This document shows, piece by piece, positions 12,925 to 26,420 of a stretch of 64,000 nt of DNA. The stretch lies in contig OY740805.1 of assembly GCA_963514005.1 (NCBI GenBank), positions 42,284,001-42,348,000 of the forward strand, written 5' to 3'. The notes beneath the pieces were generated by a model. The model was not told where the DNA came from. It did not search any database and saw only the letters and a program-made list of their open reading frames with translations. A program made the translations under genes and the position numbers. Each line of letters opens with the position of its first letter. Positions within the stretch are counted from its first letter, which is position 1. The DNA comes from Raja brachyura (Eukaryota).

Positions 12925-14815
12925 AACGGGCCGAAAAGATGAAGTACGAAGAGAAGCTTCCCAGGAATATAAAGAAGGATAGTAAAAGCTTCTTTAGATA
13001 TGTTAAGGGAAAAAGAGTAGCAATGTTAAATGTGGGCCCCTTGAAGGCAGACACGGGTGAAATAATTATGGGCAACAAGGAAATGGCAGAAGAGTTGAAC
13101 AGGTACTTCGGATCTGTCTTCACTAAGGAAGACACAAACAATCTCCCAGATGTACTGGAGGACAGAGGATCAACGGAGGTAGAGGAATGTTGATTAGGCG
13201 AGAAATAGTATTGGGTGGGCTAATGGGACTGAAGGATGATAAATCCCTTGGGCCTGATGGTCTGCATGCCAGGGTCCACAGGGAGGTGGCTCTAGAAATA
13301 GTGGACGCATTGGTGACCATTTTCCAATGTTCAATAGATTCTGGATCAGTTCCTGTGGATTGGAGGATTGCTAATGTTATCCCACTTTTCAAGAAAGGAG
13401 CGAGGGAGAAATCGGGCTATTACAGACAAGTTAGTCTGACTTCGGTGGTGGGAAAGATGCTAGAGTCAATTATTAAAGAGGTAATAATGGGGCACTTGGA
13501 TAGCAGTAAAATGATTAGTGTAGCTCAACATGGATTTATGAAAGGGAAATCATGCTTGACTAATCTTCTGGAATTTTTTGAGGATGTGATAAGTAAAATG
13601 CACGAAGGGGTGCCAGTGGATGTAGTGTATCTAGACTTTCAGAAAGCTTTTGATAAGGTCCCGCACGTGGGACTGGTGACTAAAACCAGAGCACATGTTA
13701 TTGGGGGTAGGGTGTTAACATGGATAGAAAATTGATTGGCAGACAGAAAGCAAAGAACAGGAGTGAACGGGTCCTTTTCAGAATGGCAGGCAGTGGCGAG
13801 TGGAGTGCCGCAAGGCTCGGTGTTGGAGCCGCAACAGTTTACCATCTATATTAATGATTTGGAAGAGGGTATTAGAAGCAGCACTAGCAAGTTTGCGGAT
13901 GACACAAAGCTGTGTGGCAGTGTGAACTGTGAAGAGGATGTTAGGAGGTTACAGGGTGACCTGGACAGGTTGAGTGAGTGGGAAGATGGGTGGCAGATGC
14001 TGTATAATATAGATAAATGTGAGGTTATCCATTTTGGCGGCAGAAACAAGGGGGCAGATCATTATCTCAATGGAGTTAGATTAGGTAAGGGGGAGGTGCA
14101 GCGAGACCTGTGCGTCCTTGTACATCGGTCACTGAAAGTTGGCGTACTGATGCAGCAGGCAGTGAACAAATCTAATGGAATGTTGGCCTTCATAACAAGA
14201 GGATTTCAGTATAGGAGTAAAGAGGTCCTTCTGCAGTTGTATAGGGCTCTGGTGAGACCACATCTGTACAGTTTTGGTCTCCGAATTTGAGGAATGATAT
14301 CCTTGTGATTGAGGCAGTGCAGCGTAGGTTCACGAGATTGATCCCGGCATGGCGGGACTGTCATATGAGGGAAGATTGAAAAGACTAGGCTTGTATTCAC
14401 TGGAGTTTAGAAGGATGAAGGGGATCTTATAGAAACATATCAAATTATAAAAGAACTGGACAAGCTAGATGCAGGAAAAATGTTCCCAATTTTGGGCGAG
14501 TCCAGAACCAGGGGCCACAGTCTTAGAATAAAGGGGAGGTCATTTAAGACTGAGCTGAGAAACACTTTTTCAGCAAGAGAGTTGTGAATTTGTGGAATTC
14601 CCTGCCACAGAGGGCAGTGGAGGCCAAGTCACTGGATGCGTTTAAGAGAGAGTTAGATAGACCTCTTGGGGCTAGTGGAATCAAGGGATATGGGAGAAGG
14701 CAGGCACGGGTTATTGATTGGGGACGATCATCCATGACACAATGAATGGAGGTGCTGGCTCGAAGGGTCGAATGGCCTCTTCCTGCACCTATTCTCTATG
14801 TTTATATGTTTCTAT
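12925..14815 (+). mobile_element. 5'-truncated CR1 LINE (ORF2 RT, disrupted)
   Basis: ORFs 12921-14290 contain [36 protein letters not shown] and FADD; ends in a ctatgttt-type tail. Confidence 0.93.
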
Positions 14816-16164
14816 GACATCTTTGTTGTGAGAAATCTTAACAATGTTGTTTTGTTTTGCTGTTTCTTGTGAAGGACAATAATTAATTCCGTATATTCCG
14901 GTTAGCGGGGTGCATCTTGCTCCACGGTCTGGGATAGTCTCGGGTGCTTTATATCATGTCCCTCTGTGCATGGACGCTGTATATTGACTTCTCATTGTTG
15001 CATTGTAAAGTGCAATGCTTATCTCCTTGCTTTGACCACAGCAATCGTCCTGCCTCTCTCATCGTCTCCGTTTCTCTGCAGCTAGGCTCAATGCACAATA
15101 GAACATAGAACACAGAACAACACGGGAACATGACCCTCGGCCCACAATGACCGTGCCGAACACGATGCGGAGACCAATGCCTAACTGCTGTCACACAATC
15201 CACCTCCCTCCACTCCCTGCATTAACGTTGTGTAATGTTCTGAATTTTCTGAAACTGAAGAGCAGTTTGCAAACTGCATTAGCGTTTAATGATAGTATTT
15301 TGCAAACACAAAGATAAAACACTCAGGGGCAAACTCTAGTAAAAACGACCAGCCTTGAACTTATGCATATTGTTGGACTCACGCCTTCTGTATTTGTCTG
15401 AAGTTATACCCTGTGGCGTTTTGCCAATAATTTATTTTATATTACCTGTTAAAATAGATTTCGTAAAATTAGTTAATTGTCTTAATTTAATAGCGATAGT
15501 GCTTTCCCTTTAAACACTGCCTCGATGTTCTATTTCCAGGTGAAACCAAGGAAGGAATTATTTCCACGATGAAGGGAGTAGGCTGCATATTTGAGCTGTT
15601 GCTTGTTCATGTGGTGACCAAGGTAATGGGACTATCGACGCGACTGGCACACACACCTTGCCGTGAATATTGGGCTACTTCACTTGTGCCTCAGCCGATC
15701 TATGGGATGTTCCGACTCACTCAGAGACTCTGTTAACAAAGTCCTGAGTCAGATGGTCGTGGGATCAAACCCCAATTTGGAGCATTCGAGCGACAGAGAT
15801 GTGTCGTTATTCTAATATGATTTTTGGAAGAATTATGAACCCTAAAATGGAAATGTTCCTGCTTTTGCTTAACTGCCACCCTACTCCCGAAAAAATGTAC
15901 GCAACTCGCCAATGTAAAAAGCTGAAATTTAAATATTTTATTTTTCCGGAGGAGATCTGTGTGATTTTGCCAGACTATCCGTTGGTGGCCATGGTGGGTG
16001 AAGATGCCCTATTGGACGGTCAGAAGGTAGCGGATACATCACTGGACGCTCTGGAGATCCGATGGTTTACAACGAGTCCGATGGTTTACATCGAGCAGCA
16101 TGTGAGGCTGGGAAAAAAAACCCTCGGACCCACAAACCCTCAGCATAGGAGCACCGCAAGGCTG

Positions 16165-17108
16165 CGTACACTCTCCTCTCGTTTAATCTCTCTACACCAA
16201 TGACTGCACCTCCACTGACTCCTCTGTCAATCTTCTCAAGTTTGCGGATGATACAATCCTGATTGGACTGATCCAGGATGGGGAGGAATCTTCCTACAGA
16301 CAGGAAGTGTCACCGCTGGCGTCCTGGTGCCATCGCAACAACCCGGAGCTAAATGCTCTTAAGACAGTGAAATTGATTGTAGACTTTAGGAGAGCCACCC
16401 TCCTCCGCCCCCCCCCCCCCCCCCTCACCCGCTCACCATCAACAACTCCACAGTCAAATCTGTGGAGTCTTTTAAGTTCCTTGGAACCATCATCTCCAAG
16501 ATCCTGAAATGGGGGCTACCATCGACTCCACAGTCAAAAAGGCACAACAAAGGTTGTATTTCCTGCGGCAGCTGAGGAAGCACAATCTGCCACAGGCAAT
16601 GGTGGCTATCGTAGAGTCTGTCCTCACCTTCTCCATCATGGTCTGGTTTAGCTCAGCCACCAAGCATGACATACAGAGGCTGCAGCGAATCGTCGAATCA
16701 GCTGAGAAGGTTGTTGGCTGACTAACTGTACACTGCATGGGCCAGGAAGCGAGCGGGTAAGATAATCTCTGGCCCCTCTCACCGTGGCCACAAACTCTTT
16801 GAATCACTTCCCTCTGGAAGGCGACTCCGGACTGTCAAATCTGCCACAGTCAGACATAAAAACTACTTTTTTTTCTACGAGTAGTACCTCAACTAAAAAC
16901 CAAAAATATGTAGCGTCCTTTTGCTCTGGTATTTTATTTCATTCACATGTTTAATCAATAATATTTTAATATTAATGTATAATGTTTTATGTGTAATTTC
17001 CAACTGTCACTGTATGGCATGTTGTCACTTGTGGGCGGAGCACCAAGGCAAATTCCTTGTATGTGAGTACTTGGCCAATAAACGTATTCATTCATCCATT
17101 CATTCATT
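16165..17108 (+). mobile_element. Rex1/Babar-like LINE 3' part truncating the IgV exon of B
   Basis: YTNDC...KFADDT, LASWCHRNNPELNALKTVKLIVDFRR, KKAQQRLYFLRQLRK; (attc)n tail at ~17086-17106. Confidence 0.8.
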
Positions 17109-17112
17109 GCAG

Positions 17113-17397
17113 GATTTGGCCTCCGGCCCTGGATCCGCTTGGAGGAAAGCACCACGCAAGGAGTGCGTGTGGTGTGTATGTCGGATGGATGGTTTCCAAA
17201 GCCGGAGATACGGTGGCTGGATGGGAGTGGACAGGATGTAACAGCGCGGTCTGACACACTGTTCACTGAGGACTCCAGCGGTCTGATCACTGTCCACAGT
17301 CACATCGATGTCACAAGTGAATCTGTGAACAGGTATTCCTGTTTCATACGAAGTAGGTCAACGGGGAAAACACGAGAGACACATCTCCGGATATCAG
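17113..17397 (+). pseudogene. Gene B IgC exon (open frame, dead donor)
   Basis: [35 protein letters not shown]...RYSCF, followed by gaacgt instead of gtatgt. Confidence 0.88.
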
Positions 17398-17919
17398 GAA
17401 CGTGGGCAGCTGGAAAACATTCCACAAAGGCTAAAGGCATTAACGTTCGCGTGGACCCGCCAGCACTCTGCTCCTCTGGTCTCATTCCCAAGGTACCGCT
17501 TTTCTTGTTTGTGCCCAGAGGGTCTCTAGCTGGAGAACTATCGGAGACCACGAATAGACACAAAATGCGGGAATTATGCTGCGGGTCAGGCAGAATCTCT
17601 GGTGAAAAAGGATGGGTGACGTTTCAGGTCGGAACACGTCTTCAGAGATGCTGCTTGACCCGCTGAGATGCTCCAGCATTTTGTGAATAAACCAGCATCT
17701 GCAGTTGCTTGTTATCTGCGGCCACACCTGCCCACTGTCTACTCTCCACCCTCCTCCATCACATCTGGGTCCAGGTCTTTGGCCACGTCTCCACTTTGCG
17801 CTGCCACTGATATCTAACTGGCCATACACCAAACACATGACCTGACACAATGACCACCTTGTAAAGTGCATGCCTTCTTTCTCAAGGCACTACGTCAATA
17901 TAAACGCTCATAGCCAATG

Positions 17920-18210
17920 ATAGAGTAGTTGCCTCACAGCGCCAGAGTCCCGGGTCATTCCTGACTACGGAAGCTGATTATATGGAGATTGTACATTGTA
18001 CTTGTGACCGCGTGGGTTTTCTCCGGTGCACCACTTTTCTCCCAATCCCAAAGACCAGTTGTCCCCACACATTAACACTTTGGAATGTAGGAGGAAATCT
18101 CGGAGAACGTTCAAATTCCGTACAGACAGGACCGGTAGTCAGGTTCGAACCCGGGTCACCGGCGCTGCATTCGCTGTAAGGCAGCAACTCTACCGCTGCT
18201 CCACCTTGCC
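17920..18210. mobile_element. Two V-SINE fragments in opposite orientation
   Basis: gcctcacagcgccagagtcccgggtc (+) and gtcaggttcgaacccgggtcaccggcgctg (-). Confidence 0.65.
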
Positions 18211-18464
18211 GCCCTGGAATCTCCTTGACCTGAGCGCCATTCAATTGTCGGTTATCAGGGACTGGATAGAGTAATGGAGTTATCGACTGTTTCGATGAAA
18301 ACCTCCGCTCAGTCCGTATGCTTTGTTGTTACATTCCCCTGGCTAACAATTATCTATCCTACCTTTTTCTTGATCTGCATCCCATTTCACCTCTCGTTTT
18401 CACACCTCACACTTTCTTATCTCCAGTTTCCTTTTCCTCTGACTCAGTCTGAAGAAGGGTCTCC

Positions 18465-20195
18465 AATGTTTTCTCGAATCTGGATTATTTCCTGTGGAAT
18501 GGAGGTTATCCAATGTAACTACACTTTTTAAGAAAGGGCGGAGAGACAAAACGGGGAATTGTAGACCACTTAGCCTTACATCGGTGGTGGGGAAGATGCT
18601 GGAGTCGATTATTAAAGATGGTGCAGCAGTGCGTTTGGACAGCAGTGATGGGATTGGTCAATGTCAGCATGGACTTATGAAGGGGAAATCATGCATGAAT
18701 AATCTTCTGGAATGTTTTGAGGGTGTAACAAGTAGAATGGAAAAGGGAGATGTGGTGCATCTGGACTTTCAAAGAGCCTTTGACAAGGTCCCACACGAGA
18801 GATTGGCGTGCAAAATAAGAGCACATGATATTGGGAGTAGTGTATTGACATGAATAGAGAATTGGTTGGCAGACAGGACGCAAAGAGTTGGAATTAATGA
18901 GTAATTTTCAGAATGACGGGGTGCCGCTAGGCTCGATGCTGGGACCCCCGTTATTTACAATATATCTAAACGATTTAATCGAGGGAATGAAATGTGTCAT
19001 CTCCAAGTTTGCGGATGACACAAACTGGGTGGCAGTGTGAACTGCGATGAGGATGATATGAGGCCGCAGGGTGACTTGGACAGGTTGGGTGAGTGGGCAG
19101 ATGCAATATAATGTGGATAAATGTGATGTTATCCACTTTGGTGGCAAGAACAGGAAGGCAGATTCTTATCTGAATGGTGTCAGATTAGGAAAAGTTGAGG
19201 TGCAACAAGACCTGGTTGTGCGTGTACACCAATCACTGAAAGCAAACATGCAGGTATAGCAGATAGTGGAGGACGCTAATAGCACGCTGCCTTTCATTGC
19301 GAGAAGATTTGAATTTAGGAGCAAGGAGGTCCTTCTGCAGTTGTAGAGGGCCCTGGTGAGCACGCACCTGGAATATTGTGTGCATTTTTGGTCTGCTAAT
19401 TTGAGGAAGGACATTCTTGCTATTGAGGGAGTGCAGCGTAGGTTCACCAGGTTAATTCCCGGGATGGCGGGACTGACATCGTCAAGGACCCACACCATCT
19501 TAGCCACACACTCATCTCCATGCTGCCTTCAGGTAGAAGGTACAGGAGCCTGAAGACTGCAACGACCAGGTTCAGGAATAGCCTCTTCCTCACAGCCATC
19601 AGGTTATTAAACCTGGCTCGGACAAAACTCTGAACATTAATAATCCATTGTCTGTTATTTGTCTGTTATCTGTCAGTTTATTTATTCATGTGTGTATTTA
19701 CGTATATAATGGTGTATGGACACACTGATCTGTTTTGTAGTCAATGTCCACTATGTTCTGTTGTGCTGAAGCAAAGCAAGAATTTCACTGGAATTCACTG
19801 TAAGATGAGAGGGGATCTTATCGAAACATATACAATTCTTAAAGGATTGAACAAGCTAGATGCAGGAAACATGTTCCCGATGTTGGGGGGAGTCTAACAC
19901 CAGGCGTCACCGTTTAAGAATGAGGGGTGGGCCATTTAGCTCTGAAACGGGGAAAATAATTCTCCCAGAGTTGTGAATCTGTGGAATTCTCTACCACAGA
20001 AGGCAGTGGAGGCCAGTTCACTGGATGTTTTCAAGACAATTAGATTTAGCTCTTAGGGCTAAACGAATCAATGGATATGGGGGGAAAGCAGAAACTGCGT
20101 ACCGATGTTAGATGATCAGCCACGATCATATTGAATGGCGGTACTGGCTCAAAGGGCCGAATATCCTATTCCTGTACATATTTGTCTATGTTTCC
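18465..20195 (+). mobile_element. Degenerate CR1 LINE with an internal ~300-bp LINE-tail insertion (~19478-19785)
   Basis: RT motifs in ORFs 18494-19553; the CR1 frame resumes at 19800 (RGDLIETY). Confidence 0.85.
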
Positions 20196-20315
20196 ATGAC
20201 CCGAAACGTCACCCATTCCTTCTCTCCAGAGATGCCGCCTGCCCCGCTGTTACGCCAGCATTTTGTGTCGATCTCAAATCATTGAGGTGTCCTTTGAAGT
20301 ACAATAACCGATCAT

Positions 20316-21710
20316 GAAACATAGAAACATAGAAAATAGGTGCAGGAGTAGGCCAGTCGGCCCTTCGAGCCTGCCCAGGCTGATCATCCAACTCGGTAAC
20401 CTGTACCTGCCTTCTCTCCATACGCGCTGATCCCTTTAGCCATAGGGGCCACATCTAACTCCCTCTTAAATATAGCCAATGAACTGGCCTCAACTACGGT
20501 CTGTGGCAGAGAATTCCACAGACTCACCACTCTGTGTGTGAAAAATGATCTTCTCATCTCGGTCCTAAAATACTTCCCCCTTATCCTTAAACTGTGACCC
20601 CTTGTTCTGGAGTTAACCAACTTCGGGAACAATCTTCCTGCATCTAGCCTGTGCAACCTCTTAATAATTTTGTAAGTCTCTATAAGATCCCCCCTCAAAC
20701 TCCTAAATTCCAGCGAGTAGAAGCCGAGTCTATCCAGTCTTTCTTCATATGGAAGTCCTGCCATCCCAGGAATCAGTCTGGTGAACCTTCTCTGTACTCC
20801 CTCTATGGCAAGAATGTCTTTCCTCAGATTAGGAGACCAAAACTGTACGCAATACTCCAGGTGTGGCCTCACCAAGACCCTGTACAACTGCAGTAGAACC
20901 TCCCTGCTCTTGTACTCAAATCCTTTTGCTATGAATGCCAACATACCATTCGCTTTCTTCACAGCCTTCTGCAACTGCAGGCTACTTTCAATGACTGGTG
21001 TACCATGACACCCAGGTCTCGTTGCATCTCCCCTTTTCCTAATCGGCCACCATTCAGATAATAGTCTACCCTCCTGTTTTTGCCGCCAAAGTGGATAACC
21101 TCACATTTATTCACATTATGCATCATCTACCATGCATTTGCCCACTCACCCAACCTATCCAAGTCACCTTGCAGACTCCTAGCATCCTCCTTACAGCTAA
21201 CACTGCCCCCCAGCTTCGTGTCATCCGCAAACGTGGAGATGTTGCATTCAATTCCCATTAATATATATTGTAAATACCTGGGGACCCAGCACTGAGCCTT
21301 GCGGTACCCCACTAGTCACTGCCTACCATTCTGAAAATGACCCGTTTACTCCTACTCTTTGCCTGTCTGCCATTCAGTTCTCTATCCACATCAATACTGA
21401 ACCCCCAATACCGTGTGCTTTAAGTTTGTATACTAATCTCTTATGTGGGACCTTGTCGAAAGCCTTCTGAAAGTCCACATGTAACACATCCACAGGTTCT
21501 CCATTATCCGCTCTACTAGTTACATCTTCGAAAAATTCTATAAGATTCGTCAGACATGATTTACCTTTCATAAATCCATGCTGACTTTGTCCATTGATTT
21601 CACCACTTCCCAAATGTGCTGCTATCCCATCTTTAATAACTGACTCTAGCATTTTCCCCACTACCAATGTTGGACTAACTGGTCTGTAATTCCCCGTTTT
21701 CTCTCTCCAT
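20316..21710 (-). mobile_element. CR1 LINE 3' part
   Basis: ORFs 20384-20974 and 21374-21667; gaaacatagaaacata tail at 20316. Confidence 0.92.
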
Positions 21711-22343
21711 TCCTCAGTCAGAAGTCAGAAGACATAAGTTGGTGTAATCACCACAAGCTCTCTCCGAGCAACGACCTGGCCCTGTTGTTTGAGAAAGGTC
21801 TGATCAAGTATAAACATTAGCATGAGAGCCTTAATGGCACTGTTGTATATTCCACATTGGTGTGACAAAACCCACAGGTTTACGACTGGGCCAACTGAAG
21901 GCTCCTCTGTTGGTTTCCTCGGCTCAGCACCGCAGCGATAGCTGGAGTTACGACTCGAGTTGCTGAAGCTCAACATTGCGACCGAGGCGAGAGGAGAAAA
22001 CCTCACTGAGCCACAGCAGATGGTGCAGAAAGGAAGTGGGAAAATCCCATTCACACAACCCGTGTGAAGGCTGTGGGATTCACGGCCTAAAGGGTGGAGG
22101 AAGAGCAAGCCTTGCCACATGGGGAAGGTTCTTGGAGGAAATCTCGGTGCGCAGTGTCCTTGCGGTCATTTGCAGGTGGAGTTTGTCTCCATCACCGTTC
22201 TCTCCGGCTCTGGTCAATGTGGGGTCCTTGTGCCCAACCTCCCAGCTCAGTATCTCAATCCAGAGGGCACCGTGTGAATTGTGCACAGCGTGGAACGTGC
22301 TGCCGGTCTCACTCACTGACATGTTCCTGCTTCTTGTTTTCAG

Positions 22344-22370
22344 AACTGCAGCTGTTTCTCTCTATGGAAG
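22344..22370 (+). pseudogene. Gene B 27-nt cytoplasmic mini-exon (ELQLFLSME)
   Basis: gttttcag|AACTGCAGCTGTTTCTCTCTATGGAAG|gtaaga; paralogous to 31449-31475. Confidence 0.82.
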
Positions 22371-22711
22371 GTAAGATATTTCCGAGACAGCAGAGGAACG
22401 GGCCATTCGGCCCAAACTGTCTGATTATGAGAGGCAACGATAGGATAGAGCGTCAACATCTTATTTCCCGCGGTAGATATGACGGGAGAGGACGATCCGA
22501 GGAGTGATGTTTTAACACAGAAAATGGTTTTGATATCTCAATCATGCTATCAGAGAACGTGGCGAATCTATGTCGAGTGACTAGTCTCAGAACAAAACAA
22601 AGAATATAGAACAGCACGGGAACTGATCCTTCAGACCACGAATGAACCCATTCCCTTTCTCCAGAGATGTTGCCTGTCCCGCTGAGTTACTCCAGCTTTG
22701 TGTGTCTATCC

Positions 22712-24200
22712 TAAACTCTCAGACTAGTGGAAACATCCTCTCCACATCCACTCTATACAAGCCTTGCATTATTCTGTAAGTTTCAATGAGGTCCCCCCCT
22801 CATTCTTCTAGACTCGAGCGAGTGCAGGCCCAATTCGGCCGAACGCTCATCATAGGCTAACCCAATCCTGTGATCATTCTTTTAAACCTTCCCTGGACCC
22901 TCTCCATAGCCGGCACATCTAACCTCAGATATGGGGCACAAAATTGCTCCAAATGCGGCCTGACAAGCACCTCAGCATTACATCCATGTTTTTGTATTCT
23001 AGCCCTCTAGAAACAAATGCTGGCATGCGTTTGCTTTCTTCACTACCGATTCAACTTGCAGATTGACGTTTGGGGAATCATGCACCAGCATTCCCAAGTC
23101 GCTCTGCACCACCGATTTGTGGATTATCTCCCCATTTAGAAAATAGTCTGCATCTTTATTCCTACTACCAAAATGCATGACTCCACACTTTGCTACGCTA
23201 TATTCCATCTGCCACTTCTCTGCCCACTCTCCCAAGCTGTCCAGGCCCTTCTGTAGAGTCCCTGCTTTCTCTACACTTCCTGTCCCTCCACCTATTTTCG
23301 TGCCATCTGCAAACTTGGCCACAAAGCCTTCTATTCCCTCATCCAAATCAGTAATATACAACGTGAAGAGTAGCGGCCCCAGCACCGACCCCACAGAACT
23401 CCAATAGTCACTGGCAGCCAACCAGAAATAACCTCATTTATTGCTACTCTTTGCCTTCTTCCATCCAGCCAACCTGCTATCCATGCTGGTATCTGCCCTT
23501 TGATACCATGAACTCTCATCTTCCTGAGCAGCCTCACATGTGGCACCTTATCAAAGGCTTTCTGAAAATCTAGATAAACAACATCCACTAACTCTCCTTT
23601 GTCTGTCGTGCTGTTTACTTCTGCAAAGTATTCCTGCAGATTCGTCAGGCAAGACCTCCCCTTCACAAAACATAGAAACATAGAAACATAGAAAAATAGG
23701 TGCAGGAGTAGGCCATTCGGCCCGTCGACCCTGCACCGCCATTCAATGTGATCATGGCTGATCATCCAACTCAGTATGCCGTACCTGCCTTCTCTCCATA
23801 CCCCCTGATCCCTTTAGCCACAAGTGCTACATCTAACGCCCTCTTAAATATAGCCAATGAACTGGCCTCAACTACTTTCTGGGGCTGAGAATTCCAGAGA
23901 CTCACCACTCTCTGTGTAAAGAATGTTTTCCTCATCTCGGTCCTAAAGGAATTCCCCCTTATCCTTAGACTGTGACCCCCTTGTTCTGGACTCCCCCAAC
24001 ATCGGGAACAATCTTCCAGCATCTAGCTTGTCCAACCCCTTAAGAATTTTGTAAGTTTCTATAAGATCCCCCCTCAATCTTCTAAATTCCAGCGAGTACA
24101 AGCCGAGTCTATCCAATCTTTCCTCATATGAAAGTCCTGACATCCCAGGAATCAGTCTGGTAAATCTTCTCTGTACCCCCTCTATGGCAAGGATGTCTTT
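22712..24200 (-). mobile_element. Two adjacent CR1 fragments (~22712-23668 and ~23669-24200)
   Basis: ORFs 22999-23765 and 23771-24143 with CR1 RT and C-terminal motifs; tail at ~23669. Confidence 0.88.
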
Positions 24201-24384
24201 CCGCCGGGAAACATATTAGTCCATGGGATGTTGGCGGCGGGGGGGGGGGGGGGGGGGAGATATCGTCCAGCTGTTCGCCCGCCTGTGCCACAGACCTAGT
24301 GCCCTCTCCCCTGGTCCCGGGCCCGCGCTGCCCAAACTCCGCCCGGTCCCCGGGGACTCTCTGATTCTCTGCTTCTCCCCCCAA

Positions 24385-24822
24385 TCCCCGTCACCCTGGA
24401 TGTGGAGACAGCGTGTCTGAGGATCGGAAGAGGGTTGGAAGGACCCGGGCCCGGAGTAGTTTCCCAGACATCGGGGAGAGGTTTACAATTTGGGCGTGTG
24501 TGCTGCGATCGAAGGGATTCACATCGGAGAGACTTTACTGGGAGGTGGCGGGGAGTGAGTGGTGGAGTCTGGGAATTGCCGCAGAGTCTGTGGAGAGGAA
24601 GAGAGGAGTCACACTGACCCCAGATACTGGAGTCTGGAGCATCTGGCGGTGGGATAACGGGTTTAATGCAGTCAACTCCCCACCATCCCCCCGAACATAC
24701 TATTCCCAGGAGGGTGGGAGTTTATCCCAGTTACGAGTCCGGGACAGTTTCATTTTACGATGCGGACACCAAGTCCCATCTCCACACCTTCACTGGGAAT
24801 ACATTCACGGAGAAACCTGATC
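24385..24822 (+). pseudogene. Gene B B30.2 (PRY-SPRY) exon, frameshifted and truncated
   Basis: PVTLDVETA / SEDRKRV...KGFTSERLYWEVAGSEWWSLGIAAESVERKRGVTLTPDTGVWSI / [30 protein letters not shown] in different frames. Confidence 0.9.
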
Positions 24823-24824
24823 CT

Positions 24825-25425
24825 TTCCAGACAGGAAGTGTCACAGCTGGCATCCTGGTGCCGTCGCAACAACCGGGAGCTCAATGCTCTTAAGACAGTG
24901 GAATTGATGGTAGACTTTAGGAGAGCTCCTCCTCCCCTCACCCCACTCACCATCAACAACACCACAGTCACATCTGTGGAGTGTTTTAAGTTCCTGGGAA
25001 CCACCATCTCCAAGGACCTTAAGTGGGGGGCTACCATCGACTCCACAGTCAAAAGGGCACAACAGAGGATGCACTTCCTACGGCAGCTGAGGCAGCACAA
25101 TCTGCACAGGTAATGATAGTCCAATTCTACACGGCCAACGTAGTCTGTCCTCACCTTCTCCATCATGGTCTGGTTTGGCTCAGCCACCAAGCACGACACA
25201 TGGAGGCTGCAGCGAATCGCCCGATCAGCAGAGAAGGTTATTGGCTGCAACCTTCCCTCCATTGATGAACTGTACACTGCTAGGGCCAGGAAGCGAGCGG
25301 GCAAACTTATCTCTGACCCGTCTCACCCTGGTCACAAACTCTTTGAATCACTTCCGTCTGGAAGGCGACGCCGGACTGTCAAAGCTGCCACAACCAGACA
25401 TAAAACAGCTTTTATCCACGAGTAA
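24825..25425 (+). mobile_element. Rex1/Babar-like LINE fragment
   Basis: RQEVSQLASWCRRNNRELNALKTVELMVDFRR...; same family as 16165-17108. Confidence 0.82.
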
Positions 25426-26420
25426 TTGCAATGTCTTTGCCTGATTCTGCGGAGCTCCAGCTTGATTTGCTTTGTACTTTCTCCAGGGTGATCATGTTGT
25501 TGTTGGTGAAAGGATCCCATACGGCTCACAATACTCCAATTTGGGCCTGACCAAGAACTTGTTGGCATTCTTTTTGACGGATGTACTACATGCGTGAAAA
25601 TGTATTTTAAGAAGACCGAGAGTTCTATTTGCTTTGTTGGACACTTGACTAATATGCGTCGCCCAACTTAAATCTTTGCTTAATTCGACTCCCAGATATG
25701 GGTGGTGGTCGACAGCAAGCATTGTGTAGCTACCCTTGTTGAATTCTGATAAACGTGGTTTGATCTTGTGTGAGACATGCATGGTATGACATTTGGTTGT
25801 ATTGAATGACATCTGACAGGGTTTTCTCCACTCACAGAGTTCATCCAGATTCATCTGTGCGGACAAGCTGTCTTCTGGTGATTTAATCTCTCTATAAATT
25901 ATGGCATCATCTGTGAAGCGTCGAACTCTGGATGAAACTGCATTTGGAATGTCATTGATATACACTGGGAAGAGCAATGGACCCATGACAGTCCCCTGTG
26001 GTACACCTGATGTTACAGAGTTTTAATAGACGTCTCTCCCTCCAAGTGAATTCGCTGGTGTCCCCTGGTCAAAAATATCTCAATCCATTTTAAGGGGTTG
26101 CTGTCTATTCCTACATGGTTGAGCTTGTACAGGAGCCACTGGTGGGGAACCTTATCAACAGCCTTACTGAAGTCTAATATAATCAGGTCAGTCTGAGCCT
26201 TGTTATCGTGTGACCTGGCTAGATGATTGATGAGTCACGCCAGTTGGGTTTCACATGATCGACCCTGTCTAAAGCCATGTTGGTGGTTTGTTAGTACCTG
26301 GTGGAAGTCAATATGGTTCATAATATGTCCGTGGATTATATGTTGGAGAATCTTGCATGGTATGGAGGTCAGTGAAACTGGCGATAATTTGCAAGATTTA
26401 TCCAATCTCCTTTTTTATAT
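25425..26420 (-). mobile_element. Divergent CR1/L2-group LINE RT fragment, unlike the other CR1 copies here
   Basis: ORF 25492-25986: GPLLFPVYINDIPNAVSSRVRRFTDDAIIYREI...HPYLGVELSKDLSWATHI...KANRTLG...LVRPKLEY. Confidence 0.8.

Larger units (their letters stand above)
15569..24822 (+). pseudogene. BTN: Butyrophilin-like pseudogene B (paralog of C): signal 15569-15622, IgV remnant ~15950-16090, IgC 17113-17397, mini-exon 22344-22370, B30.2 24385-~24822
   Basis: Homologous to gene C exons but disabled: out-of-phase signal donor, IgV acceptor cag>cgg, first IgV Cys lost and exon truncated, IgC donor gt>ga, no TM exon found, B30.2 acceptor ag>aa, 16-nt deletion and LINE truncation. Confidence 0.88.
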
